Source: Camelus dromedarius (Eukaryota). Taken from it: a DNA stretch of 64,000 nt. Made by a program: the position numbers and the translations under genes. The stretch is taken from contig NC_087437.1 in assembly GCF_036321535.1 (NCBI RefSeq), positions 1,984,001-2,048,000 on the forward strand, given 5' to 3'. Below are positions 52,101 through 64,000 of this stretch, in pieces (the stretch's first letter is position 1; each line of letters begins with the position of its first letter). The notes beneath the pieces are model-generated. The model did not search any database, had not been told where the DNA came from, and was given only the letters and a program-made list of their open reading frames with translations.

Positions 52101-54630
52101 AGCTGGGCCTAATAAAGGGAGGCTTCCTCCATTAGACAGACAGAGAGACATATAAAGAGACAGACAGACACACTAGCCTCTTCATCCATTGAGAAACAGC
52201 CGTATATCCTAACCTCCTCCTCCTCATTCATTATATAGGTAGGCAGATACATATATAGACAGACACACACACACACATACACACACTAGCCTCTTCCTAC
52301 TCCTCAATTAAGTAAGGAGAGAGACACAATAATCTCCTCCTCCATTAGATAATAGATAGACAAACTTAGTACATTTTTTCTCCTCCTCCATTTGGTAGAT
52401 GGATAGTGAGATTGACCGATACACCCAGTAGCCGCTACCTTCTCCTGTTAGAGATACTGAGAGATAGCCAGACACATGGGATTATTTCTTCTTCTCCATT
52501 TGATATAGATAGAGACACACTCACAGACACACAGACAGACAGACACACTACTCTTCTCCTGCTCTGACAGACAGAGAGATAGACACTCTAGCCTCCTCCT
52601 TCTTCTCGAATACATACAGCTGCATAGATAGATATCTCATATATAGACAGACAGACTTACTAGCTTACTCCTCGTCCATTCGATGCACACATAGACTGTT
52701 AGACAGACACAGTAGCCTCTTCCCCTCTTTGTTACACATACTTTGATAAAGAGACCCGCACGCACACACACACACACATACACACAGGCTAGCATCCTCC
52801 TCTTCCTCAAGTAGGTAGATAGGGAGATAGAAACACTAAATTCCCGCTCCAACAGACACACAAATAAAAAGACACACTTGCCTACTGCTGTGCCTGCACT
52901 ACATAGGTCGATTTTTACACAGATTGATAGATACACAGATAGATAGAGAGATAGATAGGTAGAGAGGCAGGCAAATGGAGAGACATAATTTTCGCCTCCT
53001 CCTCCAGTAGATATATAGACAGACACACACATAGTCTAGCCTCTCGCATCCTCCAATAGATAGACAATCAGCCAGGCAGTCAGACAGACTGACACACGTG
53101 AGGCTGTGTGCAGTTTGGGGTTGGGCTTCAGCGGCGTCCACCGGGGACAGTTGTGCCCCTGGCGAGTCATAGGATTTCATCCCATGTCCCTAGCTGCCTT
53201 GCCTGCGGGCGGCCCCCGCTCCCCCAAATTCGACGGACTGAAGCTTTCAAGTTAGCCTGCTCGTGGCAGCAGGCGTTGTAAGGAAAGTGGAAGAGGTCAG
53301 CGGCAGTTCCGGAAGCGGCAGAGCATCTAAGGGGGATGCCTCGGCGAATCGGTCATTTTCCTCCCATTTCCCCCTCTCCTGGCCTCGGGGCAGCCTCTGA
53401 TACCGCAGGAGTGCGGGATTTACTTGTCCTTGTCAGCCAGGTCCTAGGAAGCTGTCGAGGTGTGCTCAGGGGACAGGGATGTCGCTTCTAGAGGACTGCC
53501 TCGGGTGAGCCGATCAGTTTGCTCCCATCTCCACAAGCGCCTGGCCTGGGGGCGGCCTCTCCTTCCCCAGGTTCGCAGTATGCATGTTTCCAGCTCAGCC
53601 TGTGCCCTTAGGCAGGCGCGGTGTTCTTAGGGGCTACATTGAGGAGGCGGGGCTGCTCCACCGAGCCCGTGTATTTGCACAGATCTCCCCGTTGACCGGT
53701 CCTAGGGTTGGTCTCTGCTACCCTAGTTACACGATGTACACATCTCGGTGTTTTCCGGCTCCCGGGAGGCAAGTGCGGGGTGGTCAGGGTGCGGGGTGGG
53801 GGGTTGGACTGGCGGTGGCGCCTACACAGAGAGAAGAAGAGGGATGCACGGGCTGTCCAGGGAAGCCTTTGGATTTCCATCCAGTGTCCCCCTAGGCGTG
53901 CAATAAGGGCGCCCTCTGCTGCTTCAGGGTGGGATTTGGCATCCCTCCAGCTGGGCCTAATACAGGGAGGCTTCCTCCATTAGAGAGAGAGACAAAAAAT
54001 AGACAGACAGACACACTAGCCTCTTCCTCCTTTTAGAAACACCCATATGTCTTAACCTTCTCCTCCTAATCCATTATATAGGTAGACAGATACATACATA
54101 GACAGACAGACAGACACACACACACACACACACAAACCCAAACCCACACACAACCTTCCCTCCTACCAGTCCTCAATTAAGTAGGTAGAGAGACACACTA
54201 ATCGCCTTCTCCATTAGATAATGAACAGACAAACGGTATAGACTATTTCTACTCCTCATTTAGATAGATGGAATGTGAGACTGACGCATTCACACACTAG
54301 CCTCTACCTTCTCCTGTTAGAGAGACAGACAGATAGCCAGACACATGAAATCCTCCATCTTCTCCATTAGATATACATAGAGAAATCTCTAAGATGCACA
54401 GAGAGACAAACACTAGTCTTCTCCTCCTCTGACAGGCCGAGGGATAGATAATCAAGCCTCCTCATTTTTTTCCATTAGGTATAGATACATACATACATAT
54501 CTGATAACAGACAGCCAGACAGACATACTAGCCTACTCTTCCTCCATCAGATACATACATAGACTGATAGACAGATACAGTAGGCTCCTCCCCCTTTAGA
54601 TACAGATACATAGATAGACATCCCCACGAG

Positions 54631-54662
<32 letters not shown>

Positions 54663-57600
54663 AGCCTTCTCCTCTTCCTCAAAGAGCTAGATAGTTATAT
54701 AGACACACTAAAATTCTACTCCAACAGACAGAATTTTAAATGACACACTATCTTACTGCTATGCCTCCCCACATAGATAGATAGCTAGCCAGATCGATAG
54801 AGAGGCAGGCAAATAGAGAGTCATACTAGTCGCCTCCTCCTCCGTTGGAGAGACAGACAGACACACACATAGTCTAGCTTCAACCATCCTCCAATAGATA
54901 GTCATTCAGGCAAGCAGTCAAACAGACAGACACACCAGAGGCGGGGTGCCGTCTGCCTACCTGGTTCGGCGGCGGGGCCCGGGGAAGAGGGTGCCCCTGG
55001 TGAACCAGAGGATTTTCTCCCATGTCCCTAGCTGCCTTGCCTCTGGGCGGCCTCCGCTAACCCAAGTTCGCCGGACGCAAGCCTTTGAAGTCAGCCTGCT
55101 CCTGGGAGCCGGCGAGGTAAGGACAGGGGAAGTGGTCAGCGGCAGACACGGAGGCGGCCCAGAACGCAAGAGGGATGCCTCGGCGAGTCGGTCATTTTCC
55201 TACCATCCCCCCTCTCCTGGCCTCGGGGCGGCCTCTGCTACCGCAGGTGTGCGGCAATTAATTCTCCTTGTCAGCCAGGTCCTGGGAGTCTGTCCAGGTG
55301 AGCCCAAGGGACACGGACGTCGCGGGGAGCGGACTGCCTCGGGTTAGCCGATCAGTTTGCTCCCATCCCCACAAGCGCCTGGCCTGGGGGCGGCCTGTCC
55401 TGCGCCAGGTTCAGAGTATGCACGTTTCCAGCTCAGCCAGCCCACCCGAGGCCGGCGCGCTGTGATCAGGGTCTGCAATGAGAAGTCGGGGCTGACTCAC
55501 CGAGCCCGTGTATTTGTTCAGATCTCCCTCTTGGCTGGTCCTGGGCTAGGCCTCTACTACCCTAGGTCCACGAGGTGCTCATCTCTGTGTTTTTCAGCTC
55601 CGGGGAAGCCAGTGCGGGGTGGTCAGGGGGCGGGGCGGGGGCGGGGCGGGGGCAGCTACAGAGAGGGCTGAAGCGGGATGCACGGGCTGCCCAGGCAAGC
55701 CTGCGGATTTCCATCCAGTGTCCCCCTCGGCCTGCAATGCGGGCGCCCTCTGCTGCTTCAGGGTGGCAATTGGCATCCCTCCAGGTGGGTCGAGTACTGG
55801 GAGGCTTCCTCCTTTAGACAGACAGAGAGACAAATAAAGAGACAGACAGACACACTAGCCTCTTCATCCATTGAGAAACAGCCGTATATCCTAACCTCCT
55901 CCTCCTCATTCATTATATAGGTAGACAGATACATATATAGACAGACACACACACACACATACACACACTAGCCTCTTCCTACTCCTCAATTAAGTAGGTA
56001 GAGAGACACACTATTCTCCTCCTCCATTAGATAATAGATAGACAAACTTAATACATTTTTCTCCTCCTCCATTAGATAGATGGAAAGTGAGATTGACCGA
56101 TACACCCAGTAGCCGCTACCTTCTCCTGTTAGAGATACCGAGAGATAGCCAGACACATGGGATTATTTCTTCTTCTCCATTTGATATAGATAGAGACACA
56201 CTCACAGACACACAGACAGACACACTACTCTTCTCCTGCTCTGACAGACAGAGAGATAGCCACTCCAGCCTCCTCCTTCTTCTCGAATACATACAGCTGC
56301 ATAGATAGATATCTCCTATATAGACAGACAGACTTACTAGCTTACTCCTCGTCCATTCGATGCACACATAGACTGTTAGACAGACACAGTAGCCTCTTCC
56401 CCTCTTTGTTACACATACTTTGATAAAGAGACCGCACGCACACACACACACACACACACACATACACACAGGCTAGCATCCTCCTCTTCCTCAAATAGGT
56501 AGATAGGGAGATAGAAACACTAAATTCCTCCTCCAACAGACAAACAAATAAAAAGAAACACTTGCCTACTGCTGTGCCTGCACCTCATAGGTCGATTTTT
56601 ACACAGATTGATAGATACACAGATAGATAGAGAGATAGTTAGATAGAGAGGCAGGCAAATGGAGAGACATAATATTCGCCTCCTCATCCAGTAGCTATAT
56701 AGACAGACACACACATAGTCTAGCCTCTCGCATCCTCCAATAGATAGACAATCAGCCAGGCAGTCACACATTCTGACACACGTGAGGCGGTGTGCAGTCT
56801 GGGATTGGGCTTCAGCGGCGGCGACCGGGGACAGGTGTGCCACTGGCGAGCCATAGGACTTTATCCCATGTCCTTAGCTGCCTTGCCTGGGGGCGGCCCC
56901 CGCTCCCCCAAATTCGACGGACTGAAGCTTTCAAGTTAGCCTGCTCGTGGCAGCAGGCGTTGTAAGGAAAGTGGAAGAGGTGAGCGGCAGCTCCGGAAGC
57001 GGCAGAGCATCTAAGGGGGATGCCTTGGCGAATCGGTCATTTTCCTCCCATTTCCCCCTCTCCTGGCCTCGGGGCAGACTCTGCTACCCCAGGAGTGCGG
57101 GATTTAGTTGTCCTTGTCAGCCAGGTCCTAGGAAGCTGTCGAGGTGTGCTCAGGGGACAGGGATGTCGCTTCTAGAGGACTGCCTCGGGTGAGCCGATCA
57201 GTTTGCTCCCATCTCCACAAGCGCCTGGCCTGGGGGCGGCCTCTCCTTCCCCAGGTTCGCAGTATGCATGTTTCCAGCTCAGCCTGTGCCCTTAGGCAGG
57301 CGCGGTGTTCTTAGGGGCTGCATTGAGGAGGCGGGGCTGCTCCACCGAGCCCGTGTATTTGCACAGATCTCCCCGTTGACCGGTCCTAGGGTTGGTCTCT
57401 GCTACCCTAGGTACACGATGTACACATCTCGTTGTTTTCCGGCCCCCGGGAGGCAAGTGCGGGGTGGTCAGGGGGCGGGGGGGGGTGGCGTTGGTGCCTA
57501 CACAGAGGGAGGAAGAGGGATGCACGGGCTATCCAGGGAAGCCTGTGGATTTCCATCCAGTGTCCCCCTCGGCGTGCAATGAGGGCACCCTCTGCTTCTT

Positions 57601-60155
57601 CAGGGTGGGATTTGGCATCCCTCCAGCTGGGCCTAATAAAGGGAGGCTTCCTCCATTAGACAGACAGAGAGACATATAAAGAGACAGACAGACACACTAG
57701 CCTCTTCATCCATTGAGAAACAGCCGTATATCCTAACCTCCTCCTCCTCATTCATTATATAGGTAGGCAGATACATATATAGACAGACACACACACACAC
57801 ATACACACACTAGCCTCTTCCTACTCCTCAATTATGTAGGTAGAGAGACACACTAATCTCCTCCTCCATTAGATAATACATAGACAAACTTAATACATTT
57901 TTCTCCTCCTCCATTAGATAGATGGAAAGTGAGATTGACCGATACACCCAGTAGCCGCTACCTTCTCCTGTTAGAGATACCGAGAGATAGCCAGACACAT
58001 GGGATTATTTCTTCTTCTCCATTTGATATAGATAGAGACACACTCACAGACACACAGACAGACAGACACACTACTCTTCTCCTGCTCTGACAGACAGAGA
58101 GATAGACACTCTAGCCTCCTCCTTCTTCTCGAATACATACAGCTGCATAGATAGATATCTCATATATAGACAGACAGACTTACTAGCTTACTCCTCGTCC
58201 ATTCGATGCACACATAGACTGTTAGACAGACACAGTAGCCTCTTCCCCTTTTTGTTACACATACTTTGATAAAGAGACCCGCACGCACACACACACACAC
58301 ATACACACAGGCTAGCATCCTCCTCTTCCTCAAGTAGGTAGATAGGGAGATAGAAACACTAAATTCCTGCTCCGACAGACACACAAATAAAAAGACACAC
58401 TTGCCTACTGCTGTGCCTGAACTACATAGGTCGATTTTTACACAGATTGATAGATACACAGATAGATAGAGAGATAGATAGGTAGAGAGGCAGGCAAATG
58501 GAGAGACATAATTTTCGCCTCCTCCTCCAGTAGATATATAGACAGACACACACATAGTCTAGCCTCTCGCATCCTCCAATAGATAGACAATCAGCCAGGC
58601 AGTCAGACAGACTGACACACGTGAGGCGCTGTGCAGTTTGGGGTTGGGTTTCAGCGGCGTCCACCGGGGACAGTTGTGCCCCTGGCGAGTCATAGGATTT
58701 TATCCCATGTCCCTAGCTGCCTTGCCTGCGGGCGGCCCCCGCTCCCCCAAATTCGACGAACTGAAGCTTTCAAGTTAGCCTGCTCGTGGCAGCAGGCGTT
58801 GTAAGGAAAGTGGAAGAGGTCAGCGGCAGCTCCGGAAGCGGCAGAGCATCTAAGGGGGATGCCTTGGCGAATCGGTCATTTTCCTCCCATTTCCCCCTCT
58901 CCTGGCCTCGGGGCAGCCTCTGCTACCGCAGGAGTGCGGGATTTCGTTGTCCTTCTCAGCCAGGTCCTAGGAAGCTGTCGAGGTGTGCTCAGGGAACAGG
59001 GATTTTACTTCTAGAGGACTGCCTCGGGTGAGCCGATCAGTTTGCTCCCATCTCCAAAAGCGCCTGGCCTGGGGGCGGCCTCTCCTTCCCCAGGTTCCCA
59101 GTATGCATGTTTCCAGCTCAGCCTGTGCCCTTAGGCAGGCGCGGTGTTCTTAGGGGCTGCATTGAGGAGGCGGGGCTGCTCCACCGAGCCCGTGTATTTG
59201 CACAGATCTCCCCGTTGACCGGTCCTAGGGTTGGTCTCTGCTACCCTAGTTACACGATGTACACATCTCGGTGTTTTCCGGCTCCCGGGAGGCAAGTGCG
59301 GGGTGGTCAGGGGGCGGGGTGGGGGGTTGGAGTGGCGGTGGCGCCTACACAGAGGGAAGAAGAGGGATGCACGGGCTGTCCAGGGAAGCCTGTGGATTTC
59401 CATCCAGTGTCCCCCTCGGCGTGCAATAAGGGCGCCCTCTGCTGCTTCAGGGTGGGATTTGGCAACCCTCCAGCTGGGCCTAATAAAGGGAGGCTTCCTC
59501 CATTAGAGAGAGAGACATAAAATAGACAGACAGACACACTAGCCTCTTCCTCCATTTAGAAACACCCATATGTCTTAACCTTCTCCTCCTAATCCATTAT
59601 ATAGGTAGACAGATACATACATAGACAGACAGACAGACAGACACACACACACACACAAACCCAAACCCACACACAACCTTCCCTCCTACCAGTCCTCAAT
59701 TAAGTAGGTAGAGAGACACACTAATCGCCTTCTCCATTAGATAATAAACAGACAAACGGTATAGACTATTTCTACTCCTCATTTAGATAGATGGAATGTG
59801 AGACTGACGCATTCACACACTAGCCTCTACCTTCTCCTGTTAGAGAGACAGACAGATAGCCAGACTCATGAAATCCTCCATCTTCTCCATTAGATATACA
59901 TAGAGAAATCTCTAAGATGCACAGTGAGACAAACACTAGTCTTCTCCTCCTCTGACAGGCCGAGGGATAGATAATCAAGCCTCCTCATTCTTTTCCATTA
60001 GGTATAGTTACATACATACATATCTGATAATAGACAGCCAGACAGACATACTAGCCTACTCTTCCTCCATCAGATACATACATAGACTGATAGACAGATA
60101 CAGTAGGCTCCTCCCCCTTTAGATACAGATACATAGATAGACATCCCCACGAGCC

Positions 60156-60196
<41 letters not shown>

Positions 60197-63100
60197 GCCT
60201 TCTCCTCTTCCTCAAAGAGCTAGATAGTTATATAGACACACTAAAATTCTACTCCAACAGACAGAATTTTAAATGACACACTATCTTACTGCTATGCCTC
60301 CCCACATAGATAGATAGCTAGCCAGATCGATAGAGAGGCAGGCAAATAGAGAGTCATACTAGTCGCCTCCTCCTCCGTTGGAGAGACAGACAGACACACA
60401 CATAGTCTAGCTTCAACCATCCTCCAATAGATAGTCATTCAGGCAAGCAGTCAAACAGACAGACACACCAGAGGCGGGGTGCCGTCTGCCTACCTGGTTC
60501 GGCGGCGGGGCCCGGGGAAGAGGGTGCCCCTGGTGAACCAGAGGATTTTCTCCCATGTCCCTAGCTGCCTTGCCTCTGGGCGGCCTCCGCTAACCCAAGT
60601 TCGCCGGACGCAAGCCTTTGAAGTCAGCCTGCTCCTGGGAGCCGGCGAGGTAAGGACAGGGGAAGTGGTCAGCGGCAGACACGGAGGCGGCCCAGAACGC
60701 AAGAGGGATGCCTCGGCGAGTCGGTCATTTTCCTACCATCCCCCCTCTCCTGGCCTCGGGGCGGCCTCTGCTACCGCAGGTGTGCGGCAATTAATTCTCC
60801 TTGTCAGCCAGGTCCTGGGAGTCTGTCCAGGTGAGCCCAAGGGACACGGACGTCGCGGGGAGCGGACTGCCTCGGGTTAGCCGATCAGTTTGCTCCCATC
60901 CCCACAAGCGCCTGGCCTGGGGGCGGCCTGTCCTGCGCCAGGTTCAGAGTATGCACGTTTCCAGCTCAGCCAGCCCACCCGAGGCCGGCGCGCTGTGATC
61001 AGGGTCTGCAATGAGAAGTCGGGGCTGACTCACCGAGCCCGTGTATTTGTTCAGATCTCCCTCTTGGCTGGTCCTGGGCTAGGCCTCTACTACCCTAGGT
61101 CCACGAGGTGCTCATCTCTGTGTTTTTCAGCTCCGGGGAAGCCAGTGCGGGGTGGTCAGGGGGCGGGGAGGGGGCGGGGCGGGGGCGGGGCGGGGGCAGC
61201 TACAGAGAGGGCTGAAGCGGGATGCACGGGCTGCCCAGGCAAGCCTGCGGAATTCCATCCAGTGCCCCCTCGGCCTGCAATGCGGGCGCCCTCTGCTGCT
61301 TCAGGGTGGCAATTGGCATCCCTCCAGGTGGGTCGAGTACTGGGAGGCTTCCTCCTTTAGACAGACAGAGAGACAAATAAAGAGACAGACAGACACACTA
61401 GCCTCTTCATCCATTGAGAAACAGCCGTATATCCTAACCTCCTCCTCCTCATTCATTATATAGGTAGACAGATACATATATAGACAGACACACACACACA
61501 CATACACACACTAGCCTCTTCCTACTCCTCAATTAAGTAGGTAGAGAGACACACTAATCTCCTCCTCCTTTAGATAATACATAGACAAACTTAATACATT
61601 TTTCTCCTCCTCCATTAGATAGATGGAAAGTGAGATTGACCGATACACCCAGTAGCCGCTACCTTCTCCTGTTAGAGATACCGAGAGATAGCCAGACACA
61701 TGGGATTATTTCTTCTTCTCCATTTGATATAGATAGAGACACACTCACAGACACACAGACAGACAGACACACTACTCTTCTCCTGCTCTGACAGACAGAG
61801 AGATAGACACTCTAGCCTCCTCCTTCTTCTCGAATACATACAGCTGCATAGATAGATATCTCCTATATAGACAGACAGACTTACTAGCTTACTCCTCGTC
61901 CATTCGATGCACACATAGACTGTTAGACAGACACAGTAGCCTCTTCCCCTCTTTTTTACACATACTTTGATAAAGAGACCCGCACGCACACACACACACA
62001 CACACACATACACACAGGCTAGCATCCTCCTCTTCCTCAAATAGGTAGATAGGGAGATAGAAACACTAAATTCCTCCTCCAACAGACAAACAAATAAAAA
62101 GAAACACTTGCCTACTGCTGTGCCTGCACCTCATAGGTCGATTTTTACACAGATTGATAGATACACAGATAGATAGAGAGATAGATAGATAGAGAGGCAG
62201 GCAAATGGAGAGACATAATATTCGCCTCCTCATCCAGTAGCTATATAGACAGACACACACATAGTCTAGCCTCTCGCATCCTCCAATAGATAGACAATCA
62301 GCCAGGCAGTCACACATTCTGACACACGTGAGGCGGTGTGCAGTCTGGGGTTGGGCTTCAGCGGCGCCGACCGGGGACAGGTGTGCCACTGGCGAGCCAT
62401 AGGACTTTATCCCATGTCCCTAGCTGCCTTGCCTGGGGGCGGCCCCCGCTCCCCCAAATTCGACGGACTGAAGCTTTCAAGTTAGCCTGCTCGTGGCAGC
62501 AGGCGTTGTAAGGAAAGTGGAAGAGGTCAGCGGCAGCTCCGGAAGCGGCAGAGCATCTAAGGGGGATGCCTTGGCGAATCGGTCATTTTCCTCCCATTTC
62601 CCCCTCTCCTGGCCTCGGGGCAGCCTCTGCTACCGCAGGAGTGCGGGATTTCGTTGTCCTTCTCAGCCAGGTCCTAGGAAGCTGTCGAGGTGTGCTCAGG
62701 GAACAGGGATTTTACTTCTAGAGGACTGCCTCGGGTGAGCCGATCAGTTTGCTCCCATCTCCAAAAGCGCCTGGCCTGGGGGCGGCCTCTCCTTCCCCAG
62801 GTTCGCAGTATGCATGTTTCCAGCTCAGCCTGTGCCCTTAGGCAGGCGCGGTGTTCTTAGGGGCTGCATTGAGGAGGCGGGGCTGCTCCACCGAGCCCGT
62901 GTATTTGCACAGATCTCCCCGTTGACCGGTCCTAGGGTTGGTCTCTGCTACCCTAGTTACACGATGTACACATCTCGTTGTTTTCCGGCTCCCGGGAGGC
63001 AAGTGCGGGGTGGTCAGGGGGCGGGGTGGGGGGTTGGAGTGGCGGTGGCGCCTACACAGAGGGAAGAAGAGGGATGCACGGGCTGTCCAGGGAAGCCTGT

Positions 63101-64000
63101 GGATTTCCATCCAGTGTCCCCCTCGGCGTGAAATAAGCCCGCCCTCTGCTGCTTCAGGGTGGGATTTGACAACCCTCCAGCTGGGCCTAATAAAGGGAGG
63201 CTTCCTCCATTAGACAGACAGAGAGACATATAAAGAGACAGACAGACACACTAGCCTCTTCATCCATTGAGAAACAGCCGTATATCCTAACCTCCTCCTC
63301 CTCATTCATTATATAGGTAGGCAGATACATATATAGACAGACACACACACACACATACACACACTAGCCTCTTCCTACTCCTCAATTAAGTAAGGAGAGA
63401 GACACAATAATCTCCTCCTCCATTAGATAATAGATAGACAAACTTAGTACATTTTTTCTCCTCCTCCATTTGGTAGATGGATAGTGAGATTGACCGATAC
63501 ACCCAGTAGCCGCTACCTTCTCCTGTTAGAGATACTGAGAGATAGCCAGACACATGGGATTATTTCTTCTTCTCCATTTGATATAGATAGAGACACACTC
63601 ACAGACACACAGACAGACAGACACACTACTCTTCTCCTGCTCTGACAGACAGAGAGATAGACACTCTAGCCTCCTCCTTCTTCTCGAATACATACAGCTG
63701 CATAGATAGATATCTCATATATAGACAGACAGACTTACTAGCTTACTCCTCGTCCATTCGATGCACACATAGACTGTTAGACAGACACAGTAGCCTCTTC
63801 CCCTTTTTGTTACACATACTTTGATAAAGAGACCCGCACGCACACACACACACACATACACACAGGCTAGCATCCTCCTCTTCCTCAAGTAGGTAGATAG
63901 GGAGATAGAAACACTAAATTCCCGCTCCAACAGACACACAAATAAAAAGACACACTTGCCTACTGCTGTGCCTGCACTACATAGGTCGATTTTTACACAG
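13129..64000. repeat. Trimeric higher-order repeat domain, ~5,545-bp unit (G1-S2-G2c-S2-G2'-S1), ~9 copies
   Basis: The G1 marker recurs at 16130, 21669, 27211, 32759, 38306, 43854, 49401, 54946 and 60479 (spacings 5539, 5542, 5548, 5547, 5548, 5547, 5545, 5533). Two G2 and two S2 blocks lie between successive G1 blocks. Confidence 0.96.
47200..64000. repeat. 11,078-bp (6-monomer) tandem duplication or emerging hexamer period; second copy truncated by the window end
   Basis: Constant offset of 11078 at 47708/58786, 49401/60479, 51415/62493, 51736/62814 and 52637/63715. Private variants are shared at this offset (TGAAATAAGCCCGCC, AAGTAAGGAGAG, CCATTTGGTAGATGGATAG). Confidence 0.88.

Larger units (their letters stand above)
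1..64000. repeat. Macrosatellite tandem array, ~1.85-kb bipartite monomer, ~34.6 copies, all in one orientation, running off both window ends
   Basis: GC blocks start at 1321, 3179, 5023, 6881, 8725, 10587, 12431, 14274, 16122, 17976, 19813, 21661, 23515, 25357, 27203, 29063, 30903, 32751, 34611, 36450, 38298, 40158, 41998, 43846, 45705, 47545, 49393, 51252, 53100, 54938, 56784, 58623, 60471 and 62330, plus a partial block at 1-360. Each is followed by a microsatellite-rich block. Identical ORF translations recur at the same spacings. Confidence 0.98.

Noticed and set aside
69..63939. Hundreds of recurring 63-194 aa ORFs on both strands
   Set aside because: They overlap in several frames, often lack ATG starts, have low-complexity G/P/R/A or C/V/L/S composition and show no recognisable domain. 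They are freely frameshifted or truncated between copies (e.g. 24373, 44640, 52053, 55671), so there is no sign of coding constraint.
1..64000. Assignment to SST1/NBL2, DXZ4, D4Z4, gamma satellite or bovine 1.709 satellite
   Set aside because: The similarity is only architectural (size, CpG richness, CA tracts). I recognise no diagnostic sequence such as a DUX ORF or embedded SINE; a Dfam or BLAST search is needed.

Overview
The whole 64 kb is one head-to-tail, single-orientation eukaryotic (vertebrate-like) macrosatellite array with no unique sequence. I find no credible protein-coding, RNA or transposon genes, and the ORF track only repeats with the array. The basic monomer is about 1.85 kb (35 GC blocks counted, the first partial). 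It has two parts: an ~890-bp GC/CpG-rich block (types G1 and G2) and an ~960-bp GATA/GACA/CA microsatellite-rich block (types S1 and S2). Monomers form higher-order repeats (HORs): a 3,702-bp dimer (G1-S2-G2-S1) from 1 to about 13.1 kb, then an ~5,545-bp trimer (G1-S2-G2-S2-G2-S1). The switch falls in a chimeric monomer whose breakpoint lies in a G-tract. At the right end an 11,078-bp (6-monomer) duplication is seen. Both blocks are built from older degenerate subrepeats: five ~160-200-bp units in the GC block and about 16 simple-repeat modules in the S block. I cannot assign the satellite to a named family or species from the sequence alone. Functional ideas (CTCF, G4, Z-DNA, transcription) are motif-based inferences.
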